A stretch of DNA of 55,486 nt from a bacterium (GTDB lineage: Bacteria > Patescibacteriota > Minisyncoccia > Phycocordibacterales > GWA1-40-21). This document shows positions 8,725-17,045 of this stretch, in pieces. Position 1 is the first letter of the stretch. Each line of letters opens with the position of its first letter. The notes beneath the pieces are model-generated. The model was given only the letters and a program-made list of their open reading frames with translations. It had not been told where the DNA came from and did no database searches. Location of the stretch: assembly GCA_041308645.1 (NCBI GenBank), contig JBFZBC010000013.1:1-55486 (forward strand), written 5' to 3'. A program made the translations under genes and the position numbers.

Positions 8725-8898
8725 ATCACCTCCATTAGTAATTTAGTAACTATTCTATCTATAGAATTACATTTATTCTAAATTTTGTCAATAATTTTTA
8801 TCGTGCAAAGAAAAAATAAAATTTCAAGGGTTCCTCCTTGTAGAAAAACCCAAAATCCGCTATAGTATTTCTCATTATTAGTTAATTAATTTTTAATT

Positions 8899-10917
8899 AT
8901 GAATCCATACATTTGGTTTGTTTTAATCGCTTCGATTGTCGCTATTGCTTACGGCTTAGTATTAGCGAAGACTATTTTACAAAAAAGTGCCGGTAGTGCC
9001 CGCATGCAAGAAATTGCCAAGGCTATCCAAGATGGAGCTCGCGCTTATTTAAACAAACAGTACACAACAATTTCCTATATTGCTATAGCTATTTTTCTTA
9101 TAATTGGTTTTATACCAAAACTTGGCTGGGGAATGTCTATAGGTTTTATTGTTGGTGCTATATTATCTGCCCTAGCTGGTTATATCGGAATGAATGTTTC
9201 AGTCCGCGCTAATGTTAGAACAACCGAAGCAGCGAAAAGTGGTTTAAAACAAGCTCTAGATTTAGCTTTTAAAGGAGGAACAGTTACTGGACTTTTAGTT
9301 GTTGGTCTTGCTCTTCTTGGTGTTACTAGTTTTTATGTTTTGAGTGGTGGAAATGTTAATGCTCTTGTTGGTCTTGGTTTTGGAGCTTCTTTAATTTCTA
9401 TTTTTGCTAGACTTGGTGGAGGAATATTTACAAAAGCTGCAGATGTGGGTGCTGACCTTGTAGGAAAAATTGAGGCAGGAATTCCAGAAGATGACCCAAG
9501 AAACCCAGGAGTGATTGCTGATAACGTAGGAGACAATGTGGGTGACTGTGCTGGTATGGCCGCTGATTTGTTTGAAACTTATGCTGTGACTTCTGTCGCT
9601 ACCATGCTTTTAGGCTCACTTTTATTTGCTGGTTTTGAGGGTGCAATATTATATCCATTGGCAATCGGCGGTATCTCTATCTTTGCGTCAATCATTGGTA
9701 CTTGGTTTGTTAAACTTGGAAAATCACAAAATATTATGGGGGCTTTATACAAAGGTTTAATTGTCGCCGGAGTCCTTGCGGCGGCTGCCTTCTACCCTAT
9801 CACTAAAATGTTGATGGTGGATAATGGGACAGACTATACAGTGATGGATCTTTTTATCTGCTCACTTGTAGGACTAATTGTTACTGGTGCCTTAGTAATC
9901 ATCACTGAATATTTTACTTCTACCAAATACACTCCAGTTCAGTCTATAGCTAAAGCTTCAGTTTCTGGTCACGGAACAAATGTTATCCAAGGATTAGCGG
10001 TTTCTATGAAATCTACAGCTTGGCCTTTAATCACTATTGTTCTAGGTATTACCACCACATATCATTTCGGTGGACTTTACGGAATTGCTGTAGCTGCTAT
10101 GTCCATGCTTTCCATGACTGGAATTATTGTGGCAATTGATGCTTATGGACCTATCACTGATAACGCTGGTGGTATTGCGGAAATGTCTGAATTACCAAAG
10201 GAAGTTCGTGATGTTACAGATCCACTTGATGCCGTGGGTAACACTACTAAAGCCGTAACAAAAGGTTACGCTATTGGTTCTGCTGGTCTAGCGGCTCTTG
10301 TTCTGTTTGCTGCCTACACAGAAGAAATTGTAAAAGCGGAAAAAGTCATCTCTTTTGACCTTTCAAATCCATTTGTAATCATCGGACTTTTTATAGGAGG
10401 ACTTCTACCATATTATTTTGGGGCTCTTTGTATGGAAGCAGTTGGAAAGACTGCTGGTAAAGTAGTAGAAGAAGTTCGAAGACAATTTAGAGAAATAAAA
10501 GGAATCATGGAAGGGACTAGCAAACCAGATTATGCAAAATGTGTTTCTATCGTCACTGGTGCCGCTATAAAACAAATGATTATTCCAGCTTTGATTCCGG
10601 TTCTTGCTCCAATCTTGGTAATTTTAGTTTTTGGAAAAGAAAATGGTTTAGTGGTTCTCGGTGGACTTCTTATGGGTTCTATTGTTACTGGACTTTTTGT
10701 AGCTATCTCTATGACTTCCGGTGGTGGAGCCTGGGATAATGCCAAGAAATATATTGAACTTGGAAATTACGGGGGAAAGGGTGGTGATGCTCATAAGGCT
10801 GCTGTTACTGGTGATACTGTTGGGGATCCTTATAAGGATACCGCCGGTCCAGCTATCAACCCAATGATTAAAATACTCAATATCGTAGCCCTTATTATTG
10901 TTGCCTTAGTCCTTTAA
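8899..10917 (+). CDS. hppA: Membrane-bound proton/sodium-translocating pyrophosphatase
   Basis: 672 aa and polytopic. Diagnostic motifs: [68 protein letters not shown]. Confidence 0.96.
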   Translation: MNPYIWFVLIASIVAIAYGLVLAKTILQKSAGSARMQEIAKAIQDGARAYLNKQYTTISYIAIAIFLIIGFIPKLGWGMSIGFIVGAILSALAGYIGMNVSVRANVRTTEAAKSGLKQALDLAFKGGTVTGLLVVGLALLGVTSFYVLSGGNVNALVGLGFGASLISIFARLGGGIFTKAADVGADLVGKIEAGIPEDDPRNPGVIADNVGDNVGDCAGMAADLFETYAVTSVATMLLGSLLFAGFEGAILYPLAIGGISIFASIIGTWFVKLGKSQNIMGALYKGLIVAGVLAAAAFYPITKMLMVDNGTDYTVMDLFICSLVGLIVTGALVIITEYFTSTKYTPVQSIAKASVSGHGTNVIQGLAVSMKSTAWPLITIVLGITTTYHFGGLYGIAVAAMSMLSMTGIIVAIDAYGPITDNAGGIAEMSELPKEVRDVTDPLDAVGNTTKAVTKGYAIGSAGLAALVLFAAYTEEIVKAEKVISFDLSNPFVIIGLFIGGLLPYYFGALCMEAVGKTAGKVVEEVRRQFREIKGIMEGTSKPDYAKCVSIVTGAAIKQMIIPALIPVLAPILVILVFGKENGLVVLGGLLMGSIVTGLFVAISMTSGGGAWDNAKKYIELGNYGGKGGDAHKAAVTGDTVGDPYKDTAGPAINPMIKILNIVALIIVALVL

Positions 10918-10936
10918 AAAATAAGCAAATTACATT

Positions 10937-10968
10937 TAAAATGCCCGCCTTGCTAGGCGGGCATTTTA
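10937..10968 (+). terminator. Intrinsic terminator after hppA
   Basis: ATGCCCGCC-ttgcta-GGCGGGCAT followed by TTTT. Confidence 0.8.
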
Positions 10969-11033
10969 GTATATAATTATTATGTATAGTTTAATAATAA
11001 TTATATAAATTTATTAGCTAATTAATATAAAAT

Positions 11034-11726
11034 ATGAAAAAAATATTAAGTTTGATTATGTTACTTTCGTTGTTAGTCCCATCACTATCGGTTGCAAAAG
11101 CTGAGGAAGATTCAAAAGTTAATCGAGAAACTAAAATAGAAAACCGTGAAATAAAAATTGAAAGCCGTTTTGAACGAGCCAGCACTACTGAAAGAAGGTT
11201 GGAAAATAGAGAAAATAATATCGAAAGAATTAGAGCGAGAATTGCTTCTACTACAGCCTCAACTACTATTTATGCCCCAGGGAAAAAAGTTGAGAGACTA
11301 AACGAAAGATTACAAAAACAGTTAGAGCAAATGGGAAAAGTTAAGGAAAGATTATTAAATAAAGAACTGAAAGTAACTGATGTTCTTGGGAAAATTGCCT
11401 CTAAAATACAAGCCAGAATCACCATCTTAGAAGGTAGGAGTCTAGATATGACCGCCGCTAAAGCAAAGCTAGCTGAGGCCTCCGTAAAAATTGAGGACTT
11501 AATAGCTAAAGGAGAAGCTTTGGCAACCATGATAGAAACCGAGATAACAGAAGCCGACAGCACCCAACTATTTCAGGATATAAAAGCTGCCCAAGTAGAA
11601 ATCCGAACCCTAGCCAAGGCTACCCATGCCCTGTTAGTTGATACCATAAAGGAAATAACAAAGGTTTTACCTCAAAAAGAAAAGAATGAAAAAGCCAGCT
11701 CCACCGCCACCTCAACAAATGAGTAA
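11034..11726 (+). CDS. Secreted coiled-coil protein (hypothetical)
   Basis: Signal peptide is MKKILSLIMLLSLLVPSLSVAKA. It has ENRE-type short repeats and is heptad-rich and charged throughout. Confidence 0.7.
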   Translation: MKKILSLIMLLSLLVPSLSVAKAEEDSKVNRETKIENREIKIESRFERASTTERRLENRENNIERIRARIASTTASTTIYAPGKKVERLNERLQKQLEQMGKVKERLLNKELKVTDVLGKIASKIQARITILEGRSLDMTAAKAKLAEASVKIEDLIAKGEALATMIETEITEADSTQLFQDIKAAQVEIRTLAKATHALLVDTIKEITKVLPQKEKNEKASSTATSTNE

Positions 11727-11752
11727 TTATTAATATAATAAAATAAAACTAT

Positions 11753-11983
11753 ATGGAAAATGAAGTAAAAGCAGAATCAAATGGAATAGGTGGAGTGACC
11801 GGGGCTATTATAATTATAATTCTCTTAATTATTGGGAGTTGGTATTTTATCAGTAATCGACTTGATAAAATTGAACAACAAAAAGCTACAATGGAAGTTG
11901 GAGATGTGGTTACTGGAGATTCAACTGAGGTAGAAGATATCCAAACTGACTTAAACAATTTAGATCTTAAAGTTTTAGACTAG
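11753..11983 (+). CDS. Small single-pass membrane protein (hypothetical)
   Basis: 76 aa with one TM (GAIIIIILLIIGSWYFI) and an acidic C-terminus. Follows the previous gene by 26 nt. Confidence 0.55.
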   Translation: MENEVKAESNGIGGVTGAIIIIILLIIGSWYFISNRLDKIEQQKATMEVGDVVTGDSTEVEDIQTDLNNLDLKVLD

Positions 11984-11985
11984 TA

Positions 11986-12059
11986 GAAAAATTCTCGTTG
12001 AACCATCTTCCTTTGGAGAGGCTTTTGAGGCTGGCTGAGCCGAAAACGGAGAATTTTTT
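11986..12059 (+). terminator. Long compound hairpin with U-tract (candidate terminator or structured RNA)
   Basis: GAAAAATTCTCG (11986-11997) pairs with CGGAGAATTTTTT (12047-12059) around a GC-richer 49-nt interior. It begins 3 nt after the stop of the 76-aa gene. Confidence 0.4.
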
Positions 12060-12163
12060 AAGCTTCAAAAAATTCGTACTCGGAAAAGGATGTGGTGAGA
12101 AAGAGAATTCTTATTACGTTTATTTTTGCTTTTTTCCTATTTTTTCGGTAGACTCAAGGAATT

Positions 12164-13276
12164 ATGAAAAATACAAAATATAAAATTATCGACTCTAAGA
12201 ATTTAGCAGACTCTGAAGTTGAAATAGAGTGTGAGATAGACGCTGATTCTGTGGCCTGCCACCGGGCAAAAGCCGTTGCTAAAATTCAAAAAGATATAAA
12301 TCTTCCAGGTTTTCGTCCAGGTCATGTACCTGAGGCAATACTGGTAAAACAAGTTGGAGAATTGGCTCTTTATAATGAAATGGCTGAACTTGCCATTAAC
12401 GAAGTTTTCCCAGATGTTTTAGCTCAAAACAAAACAAACTTTATAACTATGCCCCAAATTCAAATAACAAAACTTGCGGAAAAAAATCCTGTTCAGTTTA
12501 AAATTATTGGCCCCGTCATGCCGGAGATAAAGCTAGCCAATTATAAAAAAATTGCCCAGGCCGAGAGTAAAACAAAAGCTGAACCATTTGAGGCAACAGA
12601 AAAAGAGTTAGACGAGACAATAGAAGAAATAAGAAAAAATTACGCTTTAAAAAATCACCACGCCCATCAGGATAATGGTCGTGCAGGCACTCACCCCACT
12701 CCGCCTGCTGGCTCCGACGGGGCATGTGCCGAAAAATGTGATCATGATAATTTACCGCTTCCGGAAGTAAATGAAGAGTGGGTAAAAAAACTTGGTGCTT
12801 TTACAACCGTGGATGATTTTAAAAATAGGATTAAGGAAGGAATTAAAAAAGAAAAAGAATTTAAGGCTAAGGACAAAAAGAGAATGACAATTGTTGAAAA
12901 GATAATGGCTGATACAAAAGTCACTATGCCAAAAATATTAGTAGAAAATGAGCTAAGAAAAATGCACGCTCAGTTTGAGGATGATATCGCTCGCGCTGGT
13001 TTGAAGGTAGAAGATTATTTAAAACACTTAAAAAAGACGCCGGAAGATTTAAAAAAGGATTGGACACCTGACGCTGAGAAAAGAGCTAAAGTTCAACTTA
13101 TTATTACCAAGATTGCTTTAGATGAAAAAATAGAAGCTGATCCAGAAGTAGTCAAAAGAGAGGTTGAAAATCTTTTAAAGACTTACAAGGGTACTACTGA
13201 AGACCGCACCAAAGCCTACGTGGAAATGATGCTCACTAACGAGAAAGTATTCGAATATTTAGAAAATATAAAATAA
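12164..13276 (+). CDS. tig: Trigger factor lacking the PPIase domain
   Basis: The N-terminal ribosome-binding domain carries the TF signature GFRPGHVP. The C-terminal TF arm domain is present (VNEEWVKKLG...LVENELRKMH...). At 370 aa it is short, and the central FKBP-type segment is replaced by a short linker. Confidence 0.75.
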   Translation: MKNTKYKIIDSKNLADSEVEIECEIDADSVACHRAKAVAKIQKDINLPGFRPGHVPEAILVKQVGELALYNEMAELAINEVFPDVLAQNKTNFITMPQIQITKLAEKNPVQFKIIGPVMPEIKLANYKKIAQAESKTKAEPFEATEKELDETIEEIRKNYALKNHHAHQDNGRAGTHPTPPAGSDGACAEKCDHDNLPLPEVNEEWVKKLGAFTTVDDFKNRIKEGIKKEKEFKAKDKKRMTIVEKIMADTKVTMPKILVENELRKMHAQFEDDIARAGLKVEDYLKHLKKTPEDLKKDWTPDAEKRAKVQLIITKIALDEKIEADPEVVKREVENLLKTYKGTTEDRTKAYVEMMLTNEKVFEYLENIK

Positions 13277-13381
13277 TTTAATAATCACTACTGTTAAAAA
13301 GCTTACCCTGTAGTGAAAATTCTTATTTTCTAATACTGGGTTTTTGAGTGGCTAGAGAATCAAAAATAAAAAAATAAATTT

Positions 13382-13418
13382 AAAAATAGCCGGTTCCTTT
13401 CAGAAACCGGCTATTTTT
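13382..13418. terminator. Bidirectional intrinsic terminator shared by tig (+) and the Cas2-like gene (-)
   Basis: AAAAA-TAGCCGGTT-cctttcaga-AACCGGCTA-TTTTT. Confidence 0.8.
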
Positions 13419-13498
13419 ACCTGGCTCTTTTCCACTTAGTTCCTCGCCTTATAACTTATTCTTAGTAAATATCATCCCCCAATATTATCATATATAAT

Positions 13499-13530
13499 AT
13501 TAAAACTTTCACCTAGGTGAAAGTTTTAAT
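13499..13530. repeat. 32-bp perfect palindrome, downstream copy of cassette 1
   Basis: ATTAAAACTTTCACCT|AGGTGAAAGTTTTAAT. It lies 24 nt beyond the stop of 13555..13944 and before the terminator. Confidence 0.95.
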
Positions 13531-13554
13531 TGATTAATTTATTTACACATAATT

Positions 13555-13944
13555 TTATTGAATATATTTGTGATTTTTCGAATAAGGTTTAGCTAGTTTT
13601 AATATATTTAATTTATTTAAAAAACCAATAGATTCAGCATAGTTGATAAATTCTTTTGGTAATGGTGAAGGACCCACCCAAACACCTTTTTGAATCATCG
13701 AGTAATTAAATCCTTTCAACTGGTACCTTAACCAGTCCCTCTCGCTCCTCTTGTTTGAGGGTATATCAAACATTACAATAGTATCCATTGGTAATGAGAT
13801 AGAAAAATTAAAATCAAAGTGCTTATACTCTGAATATTTTCTCTGAGTATTTTTAAATTTTTTCTTCTTATTCGTATTTGAAACAAGTATCGGTAAGCCA
13901 AAAGCATTAACTGCGACTCCCTTATATTTTAAATATTTTTTCAT
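13555..13944 (-). CDS. Cas2-like / PaaX-middle-domain-like small protein (paralog 1)
   Basis: TIVMFDIPSNKRSERDWLRYQLKGFNYSMIQKGVWVGPSPLP fits the DIP-x6-R...L-x3-GF...Q-x-(S/G)VWV-x-P pattern of the Cas2-like fold. The N-terminus is Lys-rich and there is no wHTH. It is a paralog of 20634..21017. Confidence 0.6.
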   Translation of the reverse strand: MKKYLKYKGVAVNAFGLPILVSNTNKKKKFKNTQRKYSEYKHFDFNFSISLPMDTIVMFDIPSNKRSERDWLRYQLKGFNYSMIQKGVWVGPSPLPKEFINYAESIGFLNKLNILKLAKPYSKNHKYIQ

Positions 13945-13950
13945 TCTTTA

Positions 13951-13959
13951 ATTATATCA
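13951..13959 (-). promoter_or_regulatory. Extended -10 (TGATATAAT) plus 6 nt plus ATG: leaderless promoter of paralog 1
   Basis: The minus strand reads GTGATATAAT-TAAAGA-ATG. Confidence 0.6.
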
Positions 13960-13967
13960 CAAAAATA

Positions 13968-13991
13968 AAACTTTCACCTAGGTGAAAGTTT
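13968..13991. repeat. 24-bp perfect palindrome, upstream (operator-position) copy of cassette 1
   Basis: AAACTTTCACCT|AGGTGAAAGTTT, the same core as 13499-13530. Its centre is 35.5 bp upstream of the ATG. Confidence 0.95.
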
Positions 13992-14023
13992 AGATTAGTT
14001 GATTCCTATTAAAATAATTACTA

Positions 14024-14797
14024 CTAATTAAAAGCCTCCCACACTGCCACAATCGCTGCAGTTTCAGCACGAAGAATATTTTGACCGAGCGAACGTATTT
14101 CAAAATTATTTTTCTTAAAAAGTGCCATTTCTTTTTCAGTCCATCCACCTTCCGGACCAATAAAAATAGCCACTTCCCCTTCGAACTTATTCAGAAAACT
14201 ATCAGAATGATTAGTCCGCGTTAAATGGAGAGAGTTAGTCTGAGTAATTTCGAAGGGGGTAAAAGAATTGGCGTCAGTGTGAAACGTTATACATAACTTA
14301 CCCTCAGTAATAGCCTGTGAAACAGCAATTTCTAAAGGATTTATATTTAAAACCTTTGGCAAAGTACATCTACCACTTTGTTCACTAGCTTCTTTCACTA
14401 TTTTCTCTAAACGTTCAATATTTAAATCTTTTTTCTCGCTGCGCTCAGAAATAACTGGGTGAATTTCAGTTACTCCTATTTCGGTACATTTTTCAACAGC
14501 TAATTCAAAATTACTTTTTTTAATAAGAGAAAGATAAAGTGAGATGCTTACATCCCGCGTAGCTTTGGCGGAGTAAGACAAAATTTTCACCACCAATTCT
14601 TTTTTAGTTAATGAAATTATTTCTGAAATATATTCAAGGCCTGATCCATCAAATAAAATAACTTGGTCTTCAATCTTAAACCGAAAAACATTTGCGAGTT
14701 GGTGAATAAGCTCCGGATCGGTGAGGGTAATTTCTTTTTCTTCCCCAATAACTTGATTAATATAAAATCTATGTAATCTCATCCTATTAGAGATCAT
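14024..14797 (-). CDS. rsmE: 16S rRNA (uracil1498-N3)-methyltransferase RsmE
   Basis: Begins MRLHRFYI with a PUA-like N-terminus. The C-terminal SPOUT motif is IGPEGGWTEKE...LGQNILRAETA. Confidence 0.85.
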   Translation of the reverse strand: MISNRMRLHRFYINQVIGEEKEITLTDPELIHQLANVFRFKIEDQVILFDGSGLEYISEIISLTKKELVVKILSYSAKATRDVSISLYLSLIKKSNFELAVEKCTEIGVTEIHPVISERSEKKDLNIERLEKIVKEASEQSGRCTLPKVLNINPLEIAVSQAITEGKLCITFHTDANSFTPFEITQTNSLHLTRTNHSDSFLNKFEGEVAIFIGPEGGWTEKEMALFKKNNFEIRSLGQNILRAETAAIVAVWEAFN

Positions 14798-14934
14798 TGT
14801 GTTATAATTTTTTACAATAATCTAATTATGATTTTTAAATGATTAATTACTATTATCTCGCTAATATAGGAAATAATCTGTTCCTTAATCATTATCACAT
14901 TATACTAACATAGTTAGAAAATAGTTGTAATATC

Positions 14935-14964
14935 AAAAAAGATGACATTAAATTTCATCTTTTT
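14935..14964 (-). terminator. Intrinsic terminator after the pilin-LamG gene
   Basis: AAAAAGATGA-cattaaatt-TCATCTTTTT. Confidence 0.6.
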
Positions 14965-14976
14965 ATTTGAAATAAA

Positions 14977-16140
14977 TTATTGAATTAAACTCCGTCCACT
15001 ACCACTATTATAAAGTTGGGAAACTTCAGTTGGAGTTAAAGCCCTACTCCAGATAGCGGATTCATCTATTAAACCGTCATAAGTATAGTTTGCTAAAGGA
15101 TAATAAGTAATGTGTCCAAGAGCTATTGGCTTATCGCCTGTAACGCTATTGCCACTATAGGTTCCACCTAATTGACCGTTGATATAAAGATAGTGGTTGG
15201 CATTATCGTTAACCAGCACTATATGCGTCCAGTTTGCGTTTACATTGACCCCAGTGACCGTGATGGACGGCTCCCAACCGGCGATAGATCTAAGTTCAAC
15301 ATAACTATCAGTTGCCAAAATTATAAAACTGCCATCATCATGTCCTGGTAGACAAGAAGAAAGCACAAAGCCGTTTCCTTTTGCCCAAAGAGAAATTGTT
15401 TGAACGGGGTCACTGGTCAGAGGAGTATTAACAAAATTGTCGCCGTTCGTGGGATTTACAACTTCAAAGCAGGCATCTCCCAGAAAATTATCAGTCCCGT
15501 TAAAAGTAACTGTGCCAACCTCTGTGGCATCATTCTCTCCAAAATAATCATCTATATCATTATCAAAAGGATAATATGCTACTAATCCTACTCTTAAAGC
15601 CTGACAAGTAGTGTCACAAACAATTACTTCTCCACCCTCTGCCACAGTCGTCGTCCCAATCGCAATTATAACATCGAGTTCAGCTTGAGGTGCTGTTATT
15701 ACCACTTTTTTGTTTTCTATCATTGTATAGTAACTAGTACCATTAGTAGCGGCCAAGACTTTAGTGATGAGTTTGTCTAGGAAAGAGGTTACTGGTCCTT
15801 GAGGGTCAACAGGTATAGAGACAATGTAGGTTGGGACAAGGATAGAGAGGTCAGTGAGACCATCACAGTCTACAGTATGTTCAGTAGAGGAAGCAGAACC
15901 AGTATCACAGATTTCTTCCAGAGCCGTAGTGGAGGCTGTCGCTGGATAGATACTGTTATCTATATAGTACTGGATGATAGCATTATTGATCTGTTTGATA
16001 TCAGAGGCTCTCTCGGCATTACGAGCTTGAGCTAACTGACGAGCGGGGTTGATGGCAAGTATCACTATACCAGCAAGGATGGCGATGATACCAACGACTA
16101 ATAATACTTCGAGTAATGTAAATCCTTTTTTGTTAGACAT
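14977..16140 (-). CDS. Type IV pilin with C-terminal LamG/concanavalin-A-like lectin domain
   Basis: The likely start is MSNKKGFTLLEVLLVVGIIAILAGIVILAINP (ATG at 16140; the track ORF extends to 16188). The C-terminal half has LamG_3-type landmarks: LVAYYPFDND...GENDATEVGTVTF and DGLIDESAIWSRALTPTEVSQLYNSG. Confidence 0.85.
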   Translation of the reverse strand: MSNKKGFTLLEVLLVVGIIAILAGIVILAINPARQLAQARNAERASDIKQINNAIIQYYIDNSIYPATASTTALEEICDTGSASSTEHTVDCDGLTDLSILVPTYIVSIPVDPQGPVTSFLDKLITKVLAATNGTSYYTMIENKKVVITAPQAELDVIIAIGTTTVAEGGEVIVCDTTCQALRVGLVAYYPFDNDIDDYFGENDATEVGTVTFNGTDNFLGDACFEVVNPTNGDNFVNTPLTSDPVQTISLWAKGNGFVLSSCLPGHDDGSFIILATDSYVELRSIAGWEPSITVTGVNVNANWTHIVLVNDNANHYLYINGQLGGTYSGNSVTGDKPIALGHITYYPLANYTYDGLIDESAIWSRALTPTEVSQLYNSGSGRSLIQ

Positions 16141-16295
16141 TTTTTTGACCTTATGTGGGTAAGTTAAATTAATAAAGATTAAACACAATGAGTATTATAC
16201 CCCCCCCACATAGTTTTGGCAATGGAAATAACATTAAAAAAGAAATACAGATAATTTAGATAGATTTTTATGATATTATATTATAATTATATTTA

Positions 16296-16304
16296 TGCTA
16301 TAAT
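16296..16304 (+). promoter_or_regulatory. Extended -10 (TGCTATAAT) plus 6 nt plus ATG: leaderless promoter
   Basis: TGCTATAAT-TGATCA-ATG(16311). Confidence 0.55.
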
Positions 16305-16310
16305 TGATCA

Positions 16311-16886
16311 ATGATAAAAGAAACAAAACAATTATTAGTTCAAAAAAATACTCAAAACGTGACCGGACTTCACCCAGAAATATTTGGTGATTTTAGTAAC
16401 ATTAAGGGTGATATCTCAAAAATAAAAGGTAATGTTAATATACACAAAATAAAAGGTGATGCTTCTAAAATTTCTGGTCAAATAAATGGTGTCTCTGGTG
16501 AAGTCTCAAATATTTCTGGTGATGTTAGTGATATTATTGGTGACACTTCAAATATTCGAGGGTTTATATCGCCTATCTCTGGTGATATCAGTGGTATTAC
16601 TGGTGATGTCTCAAATATCTCTGGTGATGTGACAAAAATACGTGGTAATGTTAGTAAAATTTCTGGTGATGTCTCAAATATAATTGGCGATGTCGCTGAT
16701 CTATCTGGTGATGTCAGTAAACTTAGTGGAAACATAACCCGCCTCGAGGGTTATGTCAGTAATATTTCTGGTTTTGTTACAAACATCACCGGTGATGTAA
16801 CAAATATTTTTGGTGATGTGACTGGACTTGAAGGTGATGCTACAGGTATCTCTGGTGATATCAGAGAATTATTAAAAAAGAAGTAA
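16311..16886 (+). CDS. Heptapeptide-repeat protein (23 x G-D/N-V/I-S/T-x-I/L-x), no signal peptide
   Basis: After a 25-aa head, the whole protein is GDFSNIK GDISKIK ... GDVSNIS ... GDATGIS GDIRELL, followed by KKK. Confidence 0.8.
   Translation: MIKETKQLLVQKNTQNVTGLHPEIFGDFSNIKGDISKIKGNVNIHKIKGDASKISGQINGVSGEVSNISGDVSDIIGDTSNIRGFISPISGDISGITGDVSNISGDVTKIRGNVSKISGDVSNIIGDVADLSGDVSKLSGNITRLEGYVSNISGFVTNITGDVTNIFGDVTGLEGDATGISGDIRELLKKK
16386..16874 (+). repeat. Imperfect 21-bp tandem repeat array (coding, 23 units)
   Basis: Units resemble ATTTCTGGTGATGTCTCAAAT. One unit is 27 bp. The antisense track ORFs here are artefacts of the repeat. Confidence 0.9.
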
Positions 16887-17045
16887 AAAACCCCGTTGAT
16901 ATTATCGTTGGGGATTTTAAATCTATAACAATTATCACACAATACAAATATACGATAACCTTTCTTTATTCTAAAAAGTATGCTTTAATAGAAATTCACT
17001 TTTGCGCTTCGGCGCTTTTAATTTGTTAACGAAGATACTAAAATT

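Noticed and set aside
11998-12183. The 61-aa plus-strand ORF upstream of tig.
   Set aside because: It starts inside a long hairpin/terminator-like element and overlaps the tig start. Its sequence is low-complexity with no RBS or promoter logic.
13555-13944. The palindrome-flanked small gene as an IS200/IS605 TnpA or RAYT (REP-associated tyrosine transposase).
   Set aside because: Neither paralog has a His-hydrophobic-His motif or a catalytic Tyr context. The recognisable motif is of the Cas2/PaaX-middle type. Only the architecture is REPtron-like.
16141-16188. The upstream extension (MCLIFINLTYPHKVKK) of the pilin-LamG ORF.
   Set aside because: Prepilin leaders are short. ATG 16140 gives MSNKKGFTLLE, the canonical distance to the G|F cleavage site.
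16386-16874. The 21-bp tandem periodicity as a possible CRISPR array, given orphan Cas2-like genes in the window.
   Set aside because: The units are contiguous with no spacers, imperfect, and in frame within a 191-aa ORF encoding a heptapeptide repeat.
16478-16942. Two minus-strand ORFs encoding SPEI-type repeats.
   Set aside because: They are mirror images of the heptapeptide repeat. The plus-strand gene has a promoter and a sensible head and tail.
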